IMG/VR virus record: IMGVR_UViG_3300023174_000199
Location: 1-56,618 of that record
DNA from: a virus
Lineage: Duplodnaviria; Caudoviricetes
Reading direction: 5' to 3' (one strand)
DNA length: 56,618 bases
Program-made: the position numbers and the translations under genes
Notes under the pieces: generated by a model
Seen by the model: the letters and a program-made list of their open reading frames with translations, nothing else
What the model was told of the DNA's origin: nothing
Databases searched by the model: none
Shown: one piece after another, positions 1 to 8,987 of the stretch
Layout of the letters: every line of letters begins with the position of its first letter
Numbering within the stretch: the stretch's first letter is position 1

Positions 1-132
1 AATCCTCTCCCCTGGGTTGAAGAAATGATTAATGCACCTACACATACAAACTTCTTTGAGAATAGAGCAACTGATTATGCAAAAGGTGCAACTAAAGGAG
101 ATTGGAATGATGTATGGGGAAGAGCAGCCTGA
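1..132 (+). CDS. nrdB: Ribonucleotide reductase class I beta subunit, C-terminal fragment (partial)
   Basis: Frame 1 reads NPLPWVEEMINAPTHTNFFENRATDYAKG...WGRAA*, the typical R2 C-terminus. Not in the ORF track. Confidence 0.85.
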   Translation, partial: NPLPWVEEMINAPTHTNFFENRATDYAKGATKGDWNDVWGRAA

Positions 133-322
133 GTGGCTGGCTAAACAACGCCAAGCTAAAGAAGTAGAAGCACTCAACGACCCTATCTCTAAACAGAGAT
201 ATCAAATCTGTAAAGACTGTGATAGATTTATAACATCTGTAAAGGTGTGTAGGGAGTGCTACTGCTTCATGCCTGCTAAAACAATGATTGAAGGTGCTGA
301 TTGTCCAATCGGTAAATGGTAA
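107..322 (+). CDS. Small Cys-rich protein (CxxC...CxxCxC...CPxGKW), probably metal-binding
   Basis: AAAGGAG SD precedes ATG at 107. The upstream part of ORF 32..322 overlaps nrdB and is probably not translated. Confidence 0.7.
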   Translation: MMYGEEQPEWLAKQRQAKEVEALNDPISKQRYQICKDCDRFITSVKVCRECYCFMPAKTMIEGADCPIGKW

Positions 323-759
323 TGAAACAAAAGTATATTGATGCGCATATGAAAGTAGCAGAGACTTATGCTAATCTTTCTACAGCTACAAGATTAAAAG
401 TAGGGGCTATTGTTGTTAAAGACGATAGAATTATTTCTATTGGCTACAATGGTATGCCTTCAGGTTGGACTAATGAATGTGAAGATATTATTAGAACAGG
501 TAATGATACTGAAGCTAAATACACAACAAAATCTAAGCCAGAAGTATTGCATGCTGAAACAAATGCAATAGCTAAGTTAGCTAGGTCGAGTGAATCAGGA
601 TTAGATGCAACAATGTTTATTACACATGCACCGTGTCTTGATTGTGCGAAGTTAATATATCAATCGGGAATAAGTAAAGTATATTATCGTAGCTCGTACA
701 GGGAGACAACAGGGGTCGAGTTTTTATTAAAAGGTGGAATTGAAATTGAACAAATTTAA
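322..759 (+). CDS. cd: dCMP deaminase
   Basis: GYNG, HAETNAI and PCLDC zinc-deaminase motifs. Confidence 0.95.
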   Translation: MKQKYIDAHMKVAETYANLSTATRLKVGAIVVKDDRIISIGYNGMPSGWTNECEDIIRTGNDTEAKYTTKSKPEVLHAETNAIAKLARSSESGLDATMFITHAPCLDCAKLIYQSGISKVYYRSSYRETTGVEFLLKGGIEIEQI

Positions 760-1204
760 AATTGGATTTAATTGTAGCACGTTCGACCTCTTTCACGCCG
801 GTCATGTAACAATGCTAAAGGAAGAAAAACGTTTTTGTGATTACTTAATTGTTGCAATACAAACAGATCCAACAATTGATAGACCTGATACTAAAAATAA
901 ACCTGTTCAATCTATTTACGAAAGATTTTGTGCAGTGTCGTCATGTAAGTACGTTGATGAAGTTCTAGTTTACTCAACTGAAGACGATCTTTTAAGTATG
1001 CTTAAAACACAACATATTGATATTAGATTTTTAGGTGATGAATATAAGGCAAAAGATTTTACAGGGAAGCAATGGTGTTTAGATAACAACGTTGAATTAC
1101 ATTATCATTTAAGAGACCATCCATACAGTAGCTCAGCGCTTCGTAAACGAGTTTATGATGCTGAGACAGAAAGACTAAAAGGTAAAAATGCAAAGAGCGT
1201 ATAA
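734..1204 (+). CDS. Glycerol-3-phosphate cytidylyltransferase-like (TagD family) nucleotidyltransferase
   Basis: TFDLFHAGH (HxGH) motif and YSSSALR C-terminal motif. Start codon uncertain (GTG 734 or TTG 746). Confidence 0.85.
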   Translation: MELKLNKFKIGFNCSTFDLFHAGHVTMLKEEKRFCDYLIVAIQTDPTIDRPDTKNKPVQSIYERFCAVSSCKYVDEVLVYSTEDDLLSMLKTQHIDIRFLGDEYKAKDFTGKQWCLDNNVELHYHLRDHPYSSSALRKRVYDAETERLKGKNAKSV

Positions 1205-1334
1205 CTGCGATAGCTGTGATGCTGATTTTAAAATCAAACATTCACAAGACGAATCCTACTATGAAGTTAACTTCTGTCCCTTTTGCGGTGCAGCAATCGA
1301 GGCGGAGGATGAAGGGGATCCGGAAGACGAATAA
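1188..1334 (+). CDS. 48-aa zinc-ribbon protein with acidic tail
   Basis: MQRAYNCDSCDADFKIKHSQDESYYEVNFCPFCGAAIEAEDEGDPEDE*. Two CxxC pairs; fills the gap; its stop overlaps the next ATG. Below the ORF-track cutoff. Confidence 0.8.
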   Translation: MQRAYNCDSCDADFKIKHSQDESYYEVNFCPFCGAAIEAEDEGDPEDE

Positions 1335-1735
1335 TGTCTGATTGGATTTATAATGGTGAGGCGTTTCTTGAACCTGGAGATAATTATGGCTTTGTGTATA
1401 TTATTACAAACAAAATCGACAACCGACAATACATTGGTAAGAAATTCTTTTGGTCGGTTAGAAGAAAGCAAGTTAAAAAAGTACGGAGACGTGTTACGAC
1501 GGAATCCGACTGGAAGACCTATTGGTCGTCTTCTGATGAATTACAAAGTGACGTACAGCGTCTTGGGGTAGAGAACTTTACTCGTGAGATAATTCACCTA
1601 TGCCCAAATAAAGGTACAGCTAACTATTTGGAAGCCAAAGAGCAATTTACCAGAGCAGTGTTAGAAAATAAAGATCTATGGTATAATTCGTGGATATCAG
1701 TTAAAGTAATGAGATCACACGTGAGGTTATCATAA
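1334..1735 (+). CDS. denA: GIY-YIG endonuclease, T4 endonuclease II-like
   Basis: YGFVY...YIGKK motif, ~133 aa standalone GIY-YIG domain. Confidence 0.8.
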   Translation: MSDWIYNGEAFLEPGDNYGFVYIITNKIDNRQYIGKKFFWSVRRKQVKKVRRRVTTESDWKTYWSSSDELQSDVQRLGVENFTREIIHLCPNKGTANYLEAKEQFTRAVLENKDLWYNSWISVKVMRSHVRLS

Positions 1736-2727
1736 TGTTTACAATTGGTGTTACACTATTAACCGCAATACTCCTATCAGGTGTAGCGGCGTATTTCTCC
1801 GTAATAGGTTTAATGGCAATTTTTGCCTCGGCCGCAATCCCTATTGCTGTAATGGGAGGTACGCTGGAACTGGCCAAGGTTGTATCTGCATCCTGGGTCT
1901 ATCGTAATTGGAGGACTGCTCCTGCGCTTATACGATACTATCTAACAGGGGCTATTGTTGTATTATCTATTATTACTTCTTTAGGTATATTTGGTTACCT
2001 CTCCAAAGCCCATCTAGATCAAGCTATACCTTCAGGTGATATAGCAGCTAAGCTTGCTCTTGTTGATGAGAAGATAAAAGTTGAGAAAGATAATATTGAT
2101 GTTAATCGCAAAGCAATCAAACAGATGGATGAATCGGTGGACCAAGTTATGGCTCGGTCAACAGATGAAAAGGGTGCCGACAAAGCATCAAGTCTACGCA
2201 AAGCCCAACAGAAAGAGCGTGGTCGCTTACTTAACGAAATCGAAACATATAACAAGCGGGTTTCGACTCTTAATGAAGAACGAGCTCCTATCGCCACCGA
2301 AATTCGTAAAGTGGAGGCAGAGGTTGGTCCAATCAAATATATTGCAGCGTTAATTTACGATACGCAGAATACCGACACGCTTGAAAAAGCAGTTAGATGG
2401 GTAATTATTGCTCTGGTATTTGTATTTGACCCGTTAGCTATTTTACTGTTAATTGCAGCTAATATTTCTCTCAAAGAACGTAACGAGCCTGAAGAGCCTG
2501 GTATGAACGGTAGTCTTAATATACCGTTACCTGAAGATGATACTGCGCCTATCTTTACTGAAGCTCCTGTTGTGCATACTAAGAATTTTAAGAGAGAATG
2601 GAGTGGGAAGAATGCGGAGTGGAGCCCCAGTCTAGAAAACGTTACGAAAGATGATAATATCAGTATTGAACGTTCAAAAATCCACGAAATGCCTAGAGAA
2701 ATTCTCGATAAGTTCTTTAAAAAGTAA
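1735..2727 (+). CDS. Multi-pass membrane protein with coiled-coil loop
   Basis: Three N-terminal hydrophobic segments, a charged heptad region and a further TM segment (VIIALVFVFDPLAILLLIAA). Confidence 0.7.
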   Translation: MFTIGVTLLTAILLSGVAAYFSVIGLMAIFASAAIPIAVMGGTLELAKVVSASWVYRNWRTAPALIRYYLTGAIVVLSIITSLGIFGYLSKAHLDQAIPSGDIAAKLALVDEKIKVEKDNIDVNRKAIKQMDESVDQVMARSTDEKGADKASSLRKAQQKERGRLLNEIETYNKRVSTLNEERAPIATEIRKVEAEVGPIKYIAALIYDTQNTDTLEKAVRWVIIALVFVFDPLAILLLIAANISLKERNEPEEPGMNGSLNIPLPEDDTAPIFTEAPVVHTKNFKREWSGKNAEWSPSLENVTKDDNISIERSKIHEMPREILDKFFKK

Positions 2728-2735
2728 CGTAACGC

Positions 2736-2763
2736 TTGCTTAATCTCCTAAAGCCATTATAAT
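2736..2763 (+). promoter_or_regulatory. Sigma70-type early/middle promoter
   Basis: TTGCTT-N16-TATAAT upstream of AGGAG SD and ATG 2789. Confidence 0.65.
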
Positions 2764-2788
2764 ATACGGACTGATTAGGAGATTTGTT

Positions 2789-2983
2789 ATGAAAACTGTT
2801 GAAGAAATAAACCTGTTACTTTCGGAGATTGCCGATCAAGAAGCAGAGTTACTTGCGATTGCTTACATTGATCAACTAGAACTCGAGCAGTTCGAACGAT
2901 TGAGTGCAGAGCATGACATGCAGATGTACGCTTCACATTCCTACGACCAGGACGCTATTCATTATGGAGTTCAGTATGCTTGA
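2789..2983 (+). CDS. Hypothetical acidic protein
   Basis: Good SD, directly downstream of a promoter. Confidence 0.65.
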   Translation: MKTVEEINLLLSEIADQEAELLAIAYIDQLELEQFERLSAEHDMQMYASHSYDQDAIHYGVQYA

Positions 2984-3296
2984 CACTGATACATTTGATC
3001 AAAAATACCGCTACTTTGATACAGTAAAAAAAGACAATAGTCTTAAATCTGTTTGGTCTATTTACGAAGTAGAAAATATTCATGAGTTATCTGGCTTGAA
3101 TGGTGAGACACTTCGGTACGGTGATCACTGGGGTGAAGGTACAGTTGTGATTCCTCTACCCGGTGGAAATTTACAATGGTGGGATTTGTGGGCTGCAGCG
3201 GATAAAGCTATTGCACAATCTGGAGATTCCCATCATGTTTTTATTGAAGCCTTTTATAAAAAAGGTAATGATATTTACCTCTCTACAGGAAGTTAA
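2976..3296 (+). CDS. Hypothetical protein
   Basis: GGAG SD before ATG 2976 inside ORF 2904..3296. Confidence 0.65.
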   Translation: MLDTDTFDQKYRYFDTVKKDNSLKSVWSIYEVENIHELSGLNGETLRYGDHWGEGTVVIPLPGGNLQWWDLWAAADKAIAQSGDSHHVFIEAFYKKGNDIYLSTGS

Positions 3297-3298
3297 TT

Positions 3299-3604
3299 AT
3301 GTTTATTGATAAACCGATGGGTACGTGGTATGAGACGGCTGATGAAACCGAACGTCAAGAATTTCGAGACTGGCTTCGTAGTGTACTTCGTATGCATGAT
3401 ACTACTATTCATTTTAAGAAAAAAGACGGTACTATTCGTGAAATGAAATGTACACTACAAGAAGGGAAAACTGTCTTGTATGAAAAGAAAACCGAGCGAG
3501 TAAAAACTGTTAGTGAAGAAACCTGTCCTGTATTTGATTTAGATAAACAGGAATGGAGATCATTTCGCTTTGATTCTGTAACGCAAATTAATTTCGATCT
3601 ATAA
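3299..3604 (+). CDS. SH3 beta-barrel / WYL_2-like phage protein
   Basis: FKKKDGTIREMKCTL...VFDLDKQEWRSFRFDSV signature. Confidence 0.8.
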   Translation: MFIDKPMGTWYETADETERQEFRDWLRSVLRMHDTTIHFKKKDGTIREMKCTLQEGKTVLYEKKTERVKTVSEETCPVFDLDKQEWRSFRFDSVTQINFDL

Positions 3605-3605
3605 T

Positions 3606-4685
3606 ATGGCAAGAGCACCAGTAGTAAATAACGAACCACGTCAAATTAACTTTGAGTCGGCTGATTACGTTTCCCAGCTAGGCCATGCTTTTAATTGGTA
3701 TAATCAAGAAAAAGAAAAGAAAGATGCTGTTAGTTATCTACGGGAATATGTAAAGACAAACGTAGGTGTTGATGGTGTAAAGCGCTTTGATAAAATACCT
3801 GATAATGAAATTACAATGACCTATGGTTGGGTAGCTCGTATTATTCATAACGGTTGCAATGTAGGTACAAAAGAACTAGAAAAGCTAGACAACTATGTTA
3901 AGGAACTACTGGTCAGAAAAGTAGAAGAGAAAGTTATTAAGGTTAAAGATACAACACCTAAACCTTCGGTGCAAGATTACATGCTGGAAAAAGTAGCCGA
4001 GTATATCGGTGAACTTGAAGGTGTGCTTGATGACTATATTGTAGATAAAAAAGACTTTGACTTATATAAAGACTTACAAGCAAGATCTATTCCTAAACCT
4101 TATTGCACGCACGTTGAGGCATGGGTAAAGAGAAAAGCTCAAGAATTTATTTACGTATATGAGTCTACCGACCCTCTTATTAAAGAGGCGTATTCTAATT
4201 TTACTAGACCGCAACTAACCAGGCTAATTAAATTATTCAGTCAGTGGGTTGAGGATATTGATCGCTATACTGAGTTTAAAAAGGCTAATCGTAAACCTCG
4301 CGTAAAGAAACAAGTAGCTCCTGGGATACAGGTTGCAAAGCTTAAGTACATGCGAGAGTTTACAGAACTAAATCTTAAGTCAGTAATGGCATCGGAGATA
4401 GTTGGTGCCTCTCAGGTATGGGTATATAATACTAAGTATAAACGATTGGCAGCTTACCGCACGGAATCAACCACCGGTTTGCAGGTCAAGGGTACTACTC
4501 TACAAAATTATGATCCTGATATGTGTGAGCAAAAAGCTTTACGCAAACCGGCAGAGATACTAAAGAAGGTACTTACTGCTGGTAAGGTTCAATTGCGTAG
4601 AATACTACCTGAACTTACAACAAAAGAGACTCCAGTTAATGGTAGAATTAATGAAGAGTGTATTATACTTCGGGTTATTAAATGA
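3606..4685 (+). CDS. Conserved hypothetical T4-like phage protein
   Basis: 359-aa ORF coupled to rnh. Confidence 0.7.
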   Translation: MARAPVVNNEPRQINFESADYVSQLGHAFNWYNQEKEKKDAVSYLREYVKTNVGVDGVKRFDKIPDNEITMTYGWVARIIHNGCNVGTKELEKLDNYVKELLVRKVEEKVIKVKDTTPKPSVQDYMLEKVAEYIGELEGVLDDYIVDKKDFDLYKDLQARSIPKPYCTHVEAWVKRKAQEFIYVYESTDPLIKEAYSNFTRPQLTRLIKLFSQWVEDIDRYTEFKKANRKPRVKKQVAPGIQVAKLKYMREFTELNLKSVMASEIVGASQVWVYNTKYKRLAAYRTESTTGLQVKGTTLQNYDPDMCEQKALRKPAEILKKVLTAGKVQLRRILPELTTKETPVNGRINEECIILRVIK

Positions 4686-5566
4686 TTGTTATTGATTATT
4701 CTCAGACTATTATCTCCAACCTAATGGTGGAGATTGGTGGTAGGAAAGACATTGAACTTGATGTTAACTTGCTACGTCATATGGTGCTTAATGCTATTCG
4801 AGCGCATAAGCAAAAGTTTGGACGTGAGTATGGTGAGATCGTTATTGCATGTGATAGCCGTAAGTACTGGCGCAAGGCTCAGTTTCCTTACTACAAAGCT
4901 AACCGTAAGAAGTCAAGAGAAGATTCCGGCTTTAACTGGCCTCATATCTTTGATACGATTAACTTACTCAAAGAAGAGCTGCGTACGGTATTTCCGTATA
5001 AGGTAATCGAGGTGGAGGGGGCTGAGGCAGATGATATTATTGCCACGCTCGTCTTCTGGTCTAACAGTAATGATAAAGTAGTTACAGGTCTCTTAGAGGA
5101 ACCGAAACCTCTTTTGATTATTTCTGGTGATCATGACTTCATGCAGTTACAAAAGTATAAGCATGTTAAGCAGTACTCTCCTGTACAAAAGAAATTCGTT
5201 AAACCTGATATGCCTCCTCACCAGTATTTAATGGAGCATATTGTTAAGGGTGATAAGGGTGACGGAGTACCTAATATTCTTTCAGCTGATGACTCCATTG
5301 TTGCTGGTGAACGTCAACGACCTATTACATCTAAGAAACTATTAGAGTTTGCAGAGAATGGTTTCATTGCTTGTAAGACAGAAGAAGAACGTCGTAACTT
5401 TCATCGTAATAAATTGATGGTGGATCTCGACATGATACCTTCTGAGGTTCAAGAAGCTATTATAAATAACTTCGTGACACAACCAGTTAAAGATAAGAGC
5501 CAGCTACTTAATTATTTTATTGAACATAAGATGAAGCAGATGATGGAACATTTGGAGGAATTTTAA
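4682..5566 (+). CDS. rnh: T4-type RNase H (5'-3' exonuclease)
   Basis: YKANRK, EADDIIA, SGDHDFMQL and GDKGDGVPNILS motifs of the FEN-like family. Confidence 0.95.
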   Translation: MIVIDYSQTIISNLMVEIGGRKDIELDVNLLRHMVLNAIRAHKQKFGREYGEIVIACDSRKYWRKAQFPYYKANRKKSREDSGFNWPHIFDTINLLKEELRTVFPYKVIEVEGAEADDIIATLVFWSNSNDKVVTGLLEEPKPLLIISGDHDFMQLQKYKHVKQYSPVQKKFVKPDMPPHQYLMEHIVKGDKGDGVPNILSADDSIVAGERQRPITSKKLLEFAENGFIACKTEEERRNFHRNKLMVDLDMIPSEVQEAIINNFVTQPVKDKSQLLNYFIEHKMKQMMEHLEEF

Positions 5567-6030
5567 TGCAATTACTAATTTCAGAAGTACTTGATGAGTT
5601 TGAAAAAGCTAAATCAAAACAAGATAAAATCGCTGTACTTAAAAAATACGAAACGCCCGTTCTACGAGGCATCATGCGAATTAATTTCGACCCTAACGTA
5701 GCGTTCGATCTACCAGAGGGTGAGCCCCCGTATCGTAAAGATACTGATCGCCCGATCGATTATCAGCAAACAACGCTGACGCTTGAATATAGACGCTTCT
5801 ATATCTGGCATGACCCTAATGTTAAGATTCCTAAACTTAAAAAAGAAACTCTCTTTATTGAAATGTTAGAAGGCCTGCATGCATCAGAGGCCGAAGTAAT
5901 TATTCTTGCTAAGGATAAAAACTTATCTAAAAAGTATAAGTCTCTAAAAGAAGACATTGTACGTGAGGCATACCCTGTAACGTTACCACCTAAGGTAGAT
6001 AAGGTGAAAGCTGCATCCCCTTTAGTTTAA
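5566..6030 (+). CDS. Conserved T4-like phage protein (recalled as DUF6433-like), with a possible -1 frameshift extension to 6149
   Basis: LPEGEPPY and FIEMLEGLH...EAE motifs. Ends in C CCT TTA GTT TAA. Confidence 0.75.
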   Translation: MQLLISEVLDEFEKAKSKQDKIAVLKKYETPVLRGIMRINFDPNVAFDLPEGEPPYRKDTDRPIDYQQTTLTLEYRRFYIWHDPNVKIPKLKKETLFIEMLEGLHASEAEVIILAKDKNLSKKYKSLKEDIVREAYPVTLPPKVDKVKAASPLV

Positions 6031-6149
6031 AATCTCTTTGGCAGCTTTTCACGAGGAAAAAACCTGAGTGGGAAGTAACTGGTACGGCGCCTAGTCTGGA
6101 GCGCTTCTACAATGTTAAAGAGATTAAAATGGATAGACGTAACCTTTGA
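6018..6149 (+). other. Candidate -1 ribosomal frameshift signal and 41-codon extension
   Basis: In-phase C_CCT_TTA, 6-nt spacer, 13-bp stem 6031-6043/6113-6125, -1 frame open to TGA 6147-6149. Confidence 0.55.
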
Positions 6150-6174
6150 TTTTTTTATTGTTCTATATTATAAT
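6146..6174 (+). promoter_or_regulatory. Sigma70-type promoter
   Basis: TTGATT-N17-TATAAT. Confidence 0.7.
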
Positions 6175-6179
6175 TGATT

Positions 6180-6536
6180 ATGATTTATACTAATACTAAA
6201 CCTCTTGTTAAACCTAAGCAGAAGCCTAAAGCCGAGCGCGAGCAGTACGCTGCGTGGTGTGCGAAGCATGGTATTGATCCTACCGGTAAGAATAGGAAGA
6301 GAAAAGACTTTAAGGTAATTACTCTACCTGGTGTCGTGTCGAAACCGTATGTTCGTGAGACTAAGCAGTATCCTAGCTTAGACTCTGGTAACTACGGGGC
6401 GGTTACTACTGGAAAAGCTAAGCAGGTATATACGGGGGATAAAATGCTAGGTATTGCTGCTATGCATAAGTCTAACTTAGTACCTATTTTTACTGAAGAA
6501 AACGCGAAAGAAGTATCGCAAATGAGGCGCGGATGA
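6180..6536 (+). CDS. Conserved basic hypothetical protein
   Basis: C-terminal YTGDKMLGIAAMHKSNLVPIF motif common in T4-like phages. ATG 6180 lies just after the -10 box. Confidence 0.7.
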   Translation: MIYTNTKPLVKPKQKPKAEREQYAAWCAKHGIDPTGKNRKRKDFKVITLPGVVSKPYVRETKQYPSLDSGNYGAVTTGKAKQVYTGDKMLGIAAMHKSNLVPIFTEENAKEVSQMRRG

Positions 6537-7375
6537 AAATTGCTCTTGGTTCAGACCTGCATATCGAGTTTGGTCAGCTCGAAGTTACAAATGCACATGG
6601 TGCAGATGTATTAATTTTATCTGGTGATATTGTTACTGCTACTGATTTAAAAGGTTACTCTGAAGGCGACTCATACGGTAATGCAAAACGTTTTATGACG
6701 TTCTTCGAACAATGTTCAACCAGCTTTAAGCATGTACTTTACGTGATGGGTAATCATGAACATTATCACGGTGACTTTGCAACGTCAGCTAATATACTTC
6801 GCACTGTTCTAAAAGAGTTTCCTAATATCCGTTTAATGGATAAGGAGAGTATTACAATCGAAGACGTTATATTCATTGGTGGTACCCTCTGGACTGATAT
6901 GAATAAAGAAGACCCACATACCCTTTATTCCATTAAAGGTGCTATGAATGACTTTAGAATTATTCAGAACAGTTCAAGAAAAGTAACCTTTAAAGATGAC
7001 GGAGGTAAGTTCCACGAAAGAGAAGCTCGCTTCTGCCCGGAAGATACAGTTGAAGATCATAAAGCTATGCTTGCCTTTATTGACGAATCTACAAAAGATA
7101 AGACCGATAAGTTTGTTGTTATTGGTCATCACTCGCCCTGTAAGATGTCAACCCACCCTCGATATAAAGAGGAGGTAATGATGAACGGGGCATACAGTAG
7201 TGACTTGTCTGAGTTTATTCTCGACCGTCCTCAGATTAAACTTTGGACGCACGGTCATACCCATGACCCTTATGACTACATGATTGGTTCTACTCGTATT
7301 GTTTGTAACCCACGTGGCTACATTAACTACGAAGAGATAGCTGATAATTTTGATTTTAAACTACTAGAGGTATAA
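6533..7375 (+). CDS. Calcineurin-like metallophosphoesterase
   Basis: SDLH, SGDI, GNHE and HGHTH motifs. Confidence 0.92.
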   Translation: MKIALGSDLHIEFGQLEVTNAHGADVLILSGDIVTATDLKGYSEGDSYGNAKRFMTFFEQCSTSFKHVLYVMGNHEHYHGDFATSANILRTVLKEFPNIRLMDKESITIEDVIFIGGTLWTDMNKEDPHTLYSIKGAMNDFRIIQNSSRKVTFKDDGGKFHEREARFCPEDTVEDHKAMLAFIDESTKDKTDKFVVIGHHSPCKMSTHPRYKEEVMMNGAYSSDLSEFILDRPQIKLWTHGHTHDPYDYMIGSTRIVCNPRGYINYEEIADNFDFKLLEV

Positions 7376-7376
7376 T

Positions 7377-7652
7377 ATGAGTCTTCCTTCTGACCCCGCC
7401 GCACGTAAAGCTATTAAGAAGTGTATGGATGAGCTTTCAGCTTCCATGGCACGTACTGAAGGCGAGCGTGAATTCATTAAAGAGGCTATTAATAATATTT
7501 GCGAAGAATATGAAATGAGTAAGAAGACGTTTCGTAGACTTGCAAAGGTTTATCATAAGCAGAACTTCTCTCGCGAAGTTGCTGAACATGAAGAATTTGA
7601 AACCATGTACGAGCAACTAACTGGTGAAACAAGTCTAGGTAATATTACGTAA
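7377..7652 (+). CDS. dsbA: Double-stranded DNA-binding protein, T4 DsbA-like
   Basis: 91-aa helical protein with the FRRLAKVYHKQNF...FETMYE pattern, near rnh. Confidence 0.75.
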   Translation: MSLPSDPAARKAIKKCMDELSASMARTEGEREFIKEAINNICEEYEMSKKTFRRLAKVYHKQNFSREVAEHEEFETMYEQLTGETSLGNIT

Positions 7653-7846
7653 TGCATACAGTTTATAATCTAGAAATGCAGACGCGTGATAAAATGAACC
7701 GCCTCAAAAAGACATCTCATGTTGGGGTATTTAATACTTTAGAGGATGTTGAGATTGCAAAAATTAAAGTATTAGAAAGTAATCCAGGTACAACCTTTGA
7801 GGTATATTTTTGTGAACATATTTTATTTGAGCAACAACCCGGCTGA
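7652..7846 (+). CDS. Hypothetical protein
   Basis: Translationally coupled small ORF. Confidence 0.6.
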   Translation: MHTVYNLEMQTRDKMNRLKKTSHVGVFNTLEDVEIAKIKVLESNPGTTFEVYFCEHILFEQQPG

Positions 7847-7868
7847 ATGCGCTCAACAACTTGGTTTG

Positions 7869-7876
7869 TATAAATA
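7869..7876 (+). promoter_or_regulatory. T4-type late promoter
   Basis: TATAAATA in an intergenic position. Confidence 0.8.
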
Positions 7877-7881
7877 AAAAT

Positions 7882-8133
7882 ATGATCTATACTTTTTTAA
7901 ATACTGAAACACAGCAAGTCGAAGAACATTCAATGCGTATGTCTGAATACGATGTGTTCAAAGATAAAAATCCCCACCTAGAAAGATACCACGAACCCGG
8001 CAGAGGACCTGCAATGGGCGACTCAGTTCGTCTGGGTATACGTAGACCAGATACGGGTTTTCATGAGGTACTATCAAAAATAGCTAGCGCTAATTACAAG
8101 AGTAACCTTACTGATAAGTTGTCACGACGATGA
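7882..8133 (+). CDS. Conserved small T4-like late protein
   Basis: MIYTFLNTET...NPHLE...GFHEVLSKI; ATG at 7882. Confidence 0.7.
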   Translation: MIYTFLNTETQQVEEHSMRMSEYDVFKDKNPHLERYHEPGRGPAMGDSVRLGIRRPDTGFHEVLSKIASANYKSNLTDKLSRR

Positions 8134-8157
8134 TTACACACTAAGAGTTTTTTACCG

Positions 8158-8189
8158 GGACTGCAGGGAAACCTGTAGTCCTTTTTTTT
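8158..8189 (+). terminator. Rho-independent terminator
   Basis: GGACTGCAGG-GAAA-CCTGTAGTCC followed by T8. Confidence 0.85.
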
Positions 8190-8204
8190 GCAAGAGGAAA
8201 ACTA

Positions 8205-8984
8205 ATGGCTACTAATAAGAGAGCAGCGAAAGCTGTTACTATCCATACCGAAGAGTATAATCCACAGACCCAACCTAATGTAAAACCAATTAATAATACA
8301 CTAAGATTAAAATTAGATAATTTAAGAACATTTCAACCTCTAACCGACAATCAAAGATTATTTTACGAAGCATATAAGAGAGGTGATTACTTTGTTGCCT
8401 TACATGGGGTAGCAGGTACTGGTAAAACGTTCATTGCTGTATACAAAGCTCTCGAAGAAGTATTAGATAAAAATAACCCTTTTAATAAAATTATTATTGT
8501 TCGGTCAGCGGTACAGTCTAGGGAAATGGGTCATCTACCTGGCGACATCGATGAAAAGCTGGACATCTATCAACAACCTTATCGTCAAATTTGCCATACA
8601 TTATTTGATCGTAAAGACGCATACGATAGATTAGCCGAACAAGGACACATCGAATTTATTTCTACATCATTCATTAGGGGTATGTCTTTTGATGATGCAA
8701 TTATTATTGTAGATGAAATGCAGAATATGACGTTCGAAGAAATTGATACGGTTATGACTCGTGTTGGTTATAGATCAAAAATTATATGGTGTGGAGACTA
8801 TCGTCAAACAGATTTGAATAAAAGAAAGACAGATGTGTCAGGTATTTTAAAATTCTTTGATATTGCCCATCACATGGCTGCATTTACAAGAATCGAATTT
8901 GAAGTAGACGATATTGTACGTAGCTCTTTAGTAAAAGATTATATTCTTGCAAAATTAAAAGTAGAAGACTCAGCTGATAAATAA
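8205..8984 (+). CDS. phoH: PhoH-family ATPase
   Basis: GVAGTGKT Walker A, GHLPG, RGMSFD and DEMQN motifs. Confidence 0.95.
   Translation: MATNKRAAKAVTIHTEEYNPQTQPNVKPINNTLRLKLDNLRTFQPLTDNQRLFYEAYKRGDYFVALHGVAGTGKTFIAVYKALEEVLDKNNPFNKIIIVRSAVQSREMGHLPGDIDEKLDIYQQPYRQICHTLFDRKDAYDRLAEQGHIEFISTSFIRGMSFDDAIIIVDEMQNMTFEEIDTVMTRVGYRSKIIWCGDYRQTDLNKRKTDVSGILKFFDIAHHMAAFTRIEFEVDDIVRSSLVKDYILAKLKVEDSADK
8976..8983 (+). promoter_or_regulatory. Late promoter variant
   Basis: GATAAATA upstream of the cupin and lysin genes. Confidence 0.5.
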
Positions 8985-8987
8985 AGC

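Noticed and set aside
32-106. N-terminal 25 codons of ORF 32..322
   Set aside because: Overlaps nrdB in another frame; the SD-led ATG at 107 is more plausible.
2716-2727. TTT AAA AAG TAA as a fourth frameshift site
   Set aside because: Not a full X_XXY_YYZ heptamer, no downstream stem, and a promoter follows immediately.
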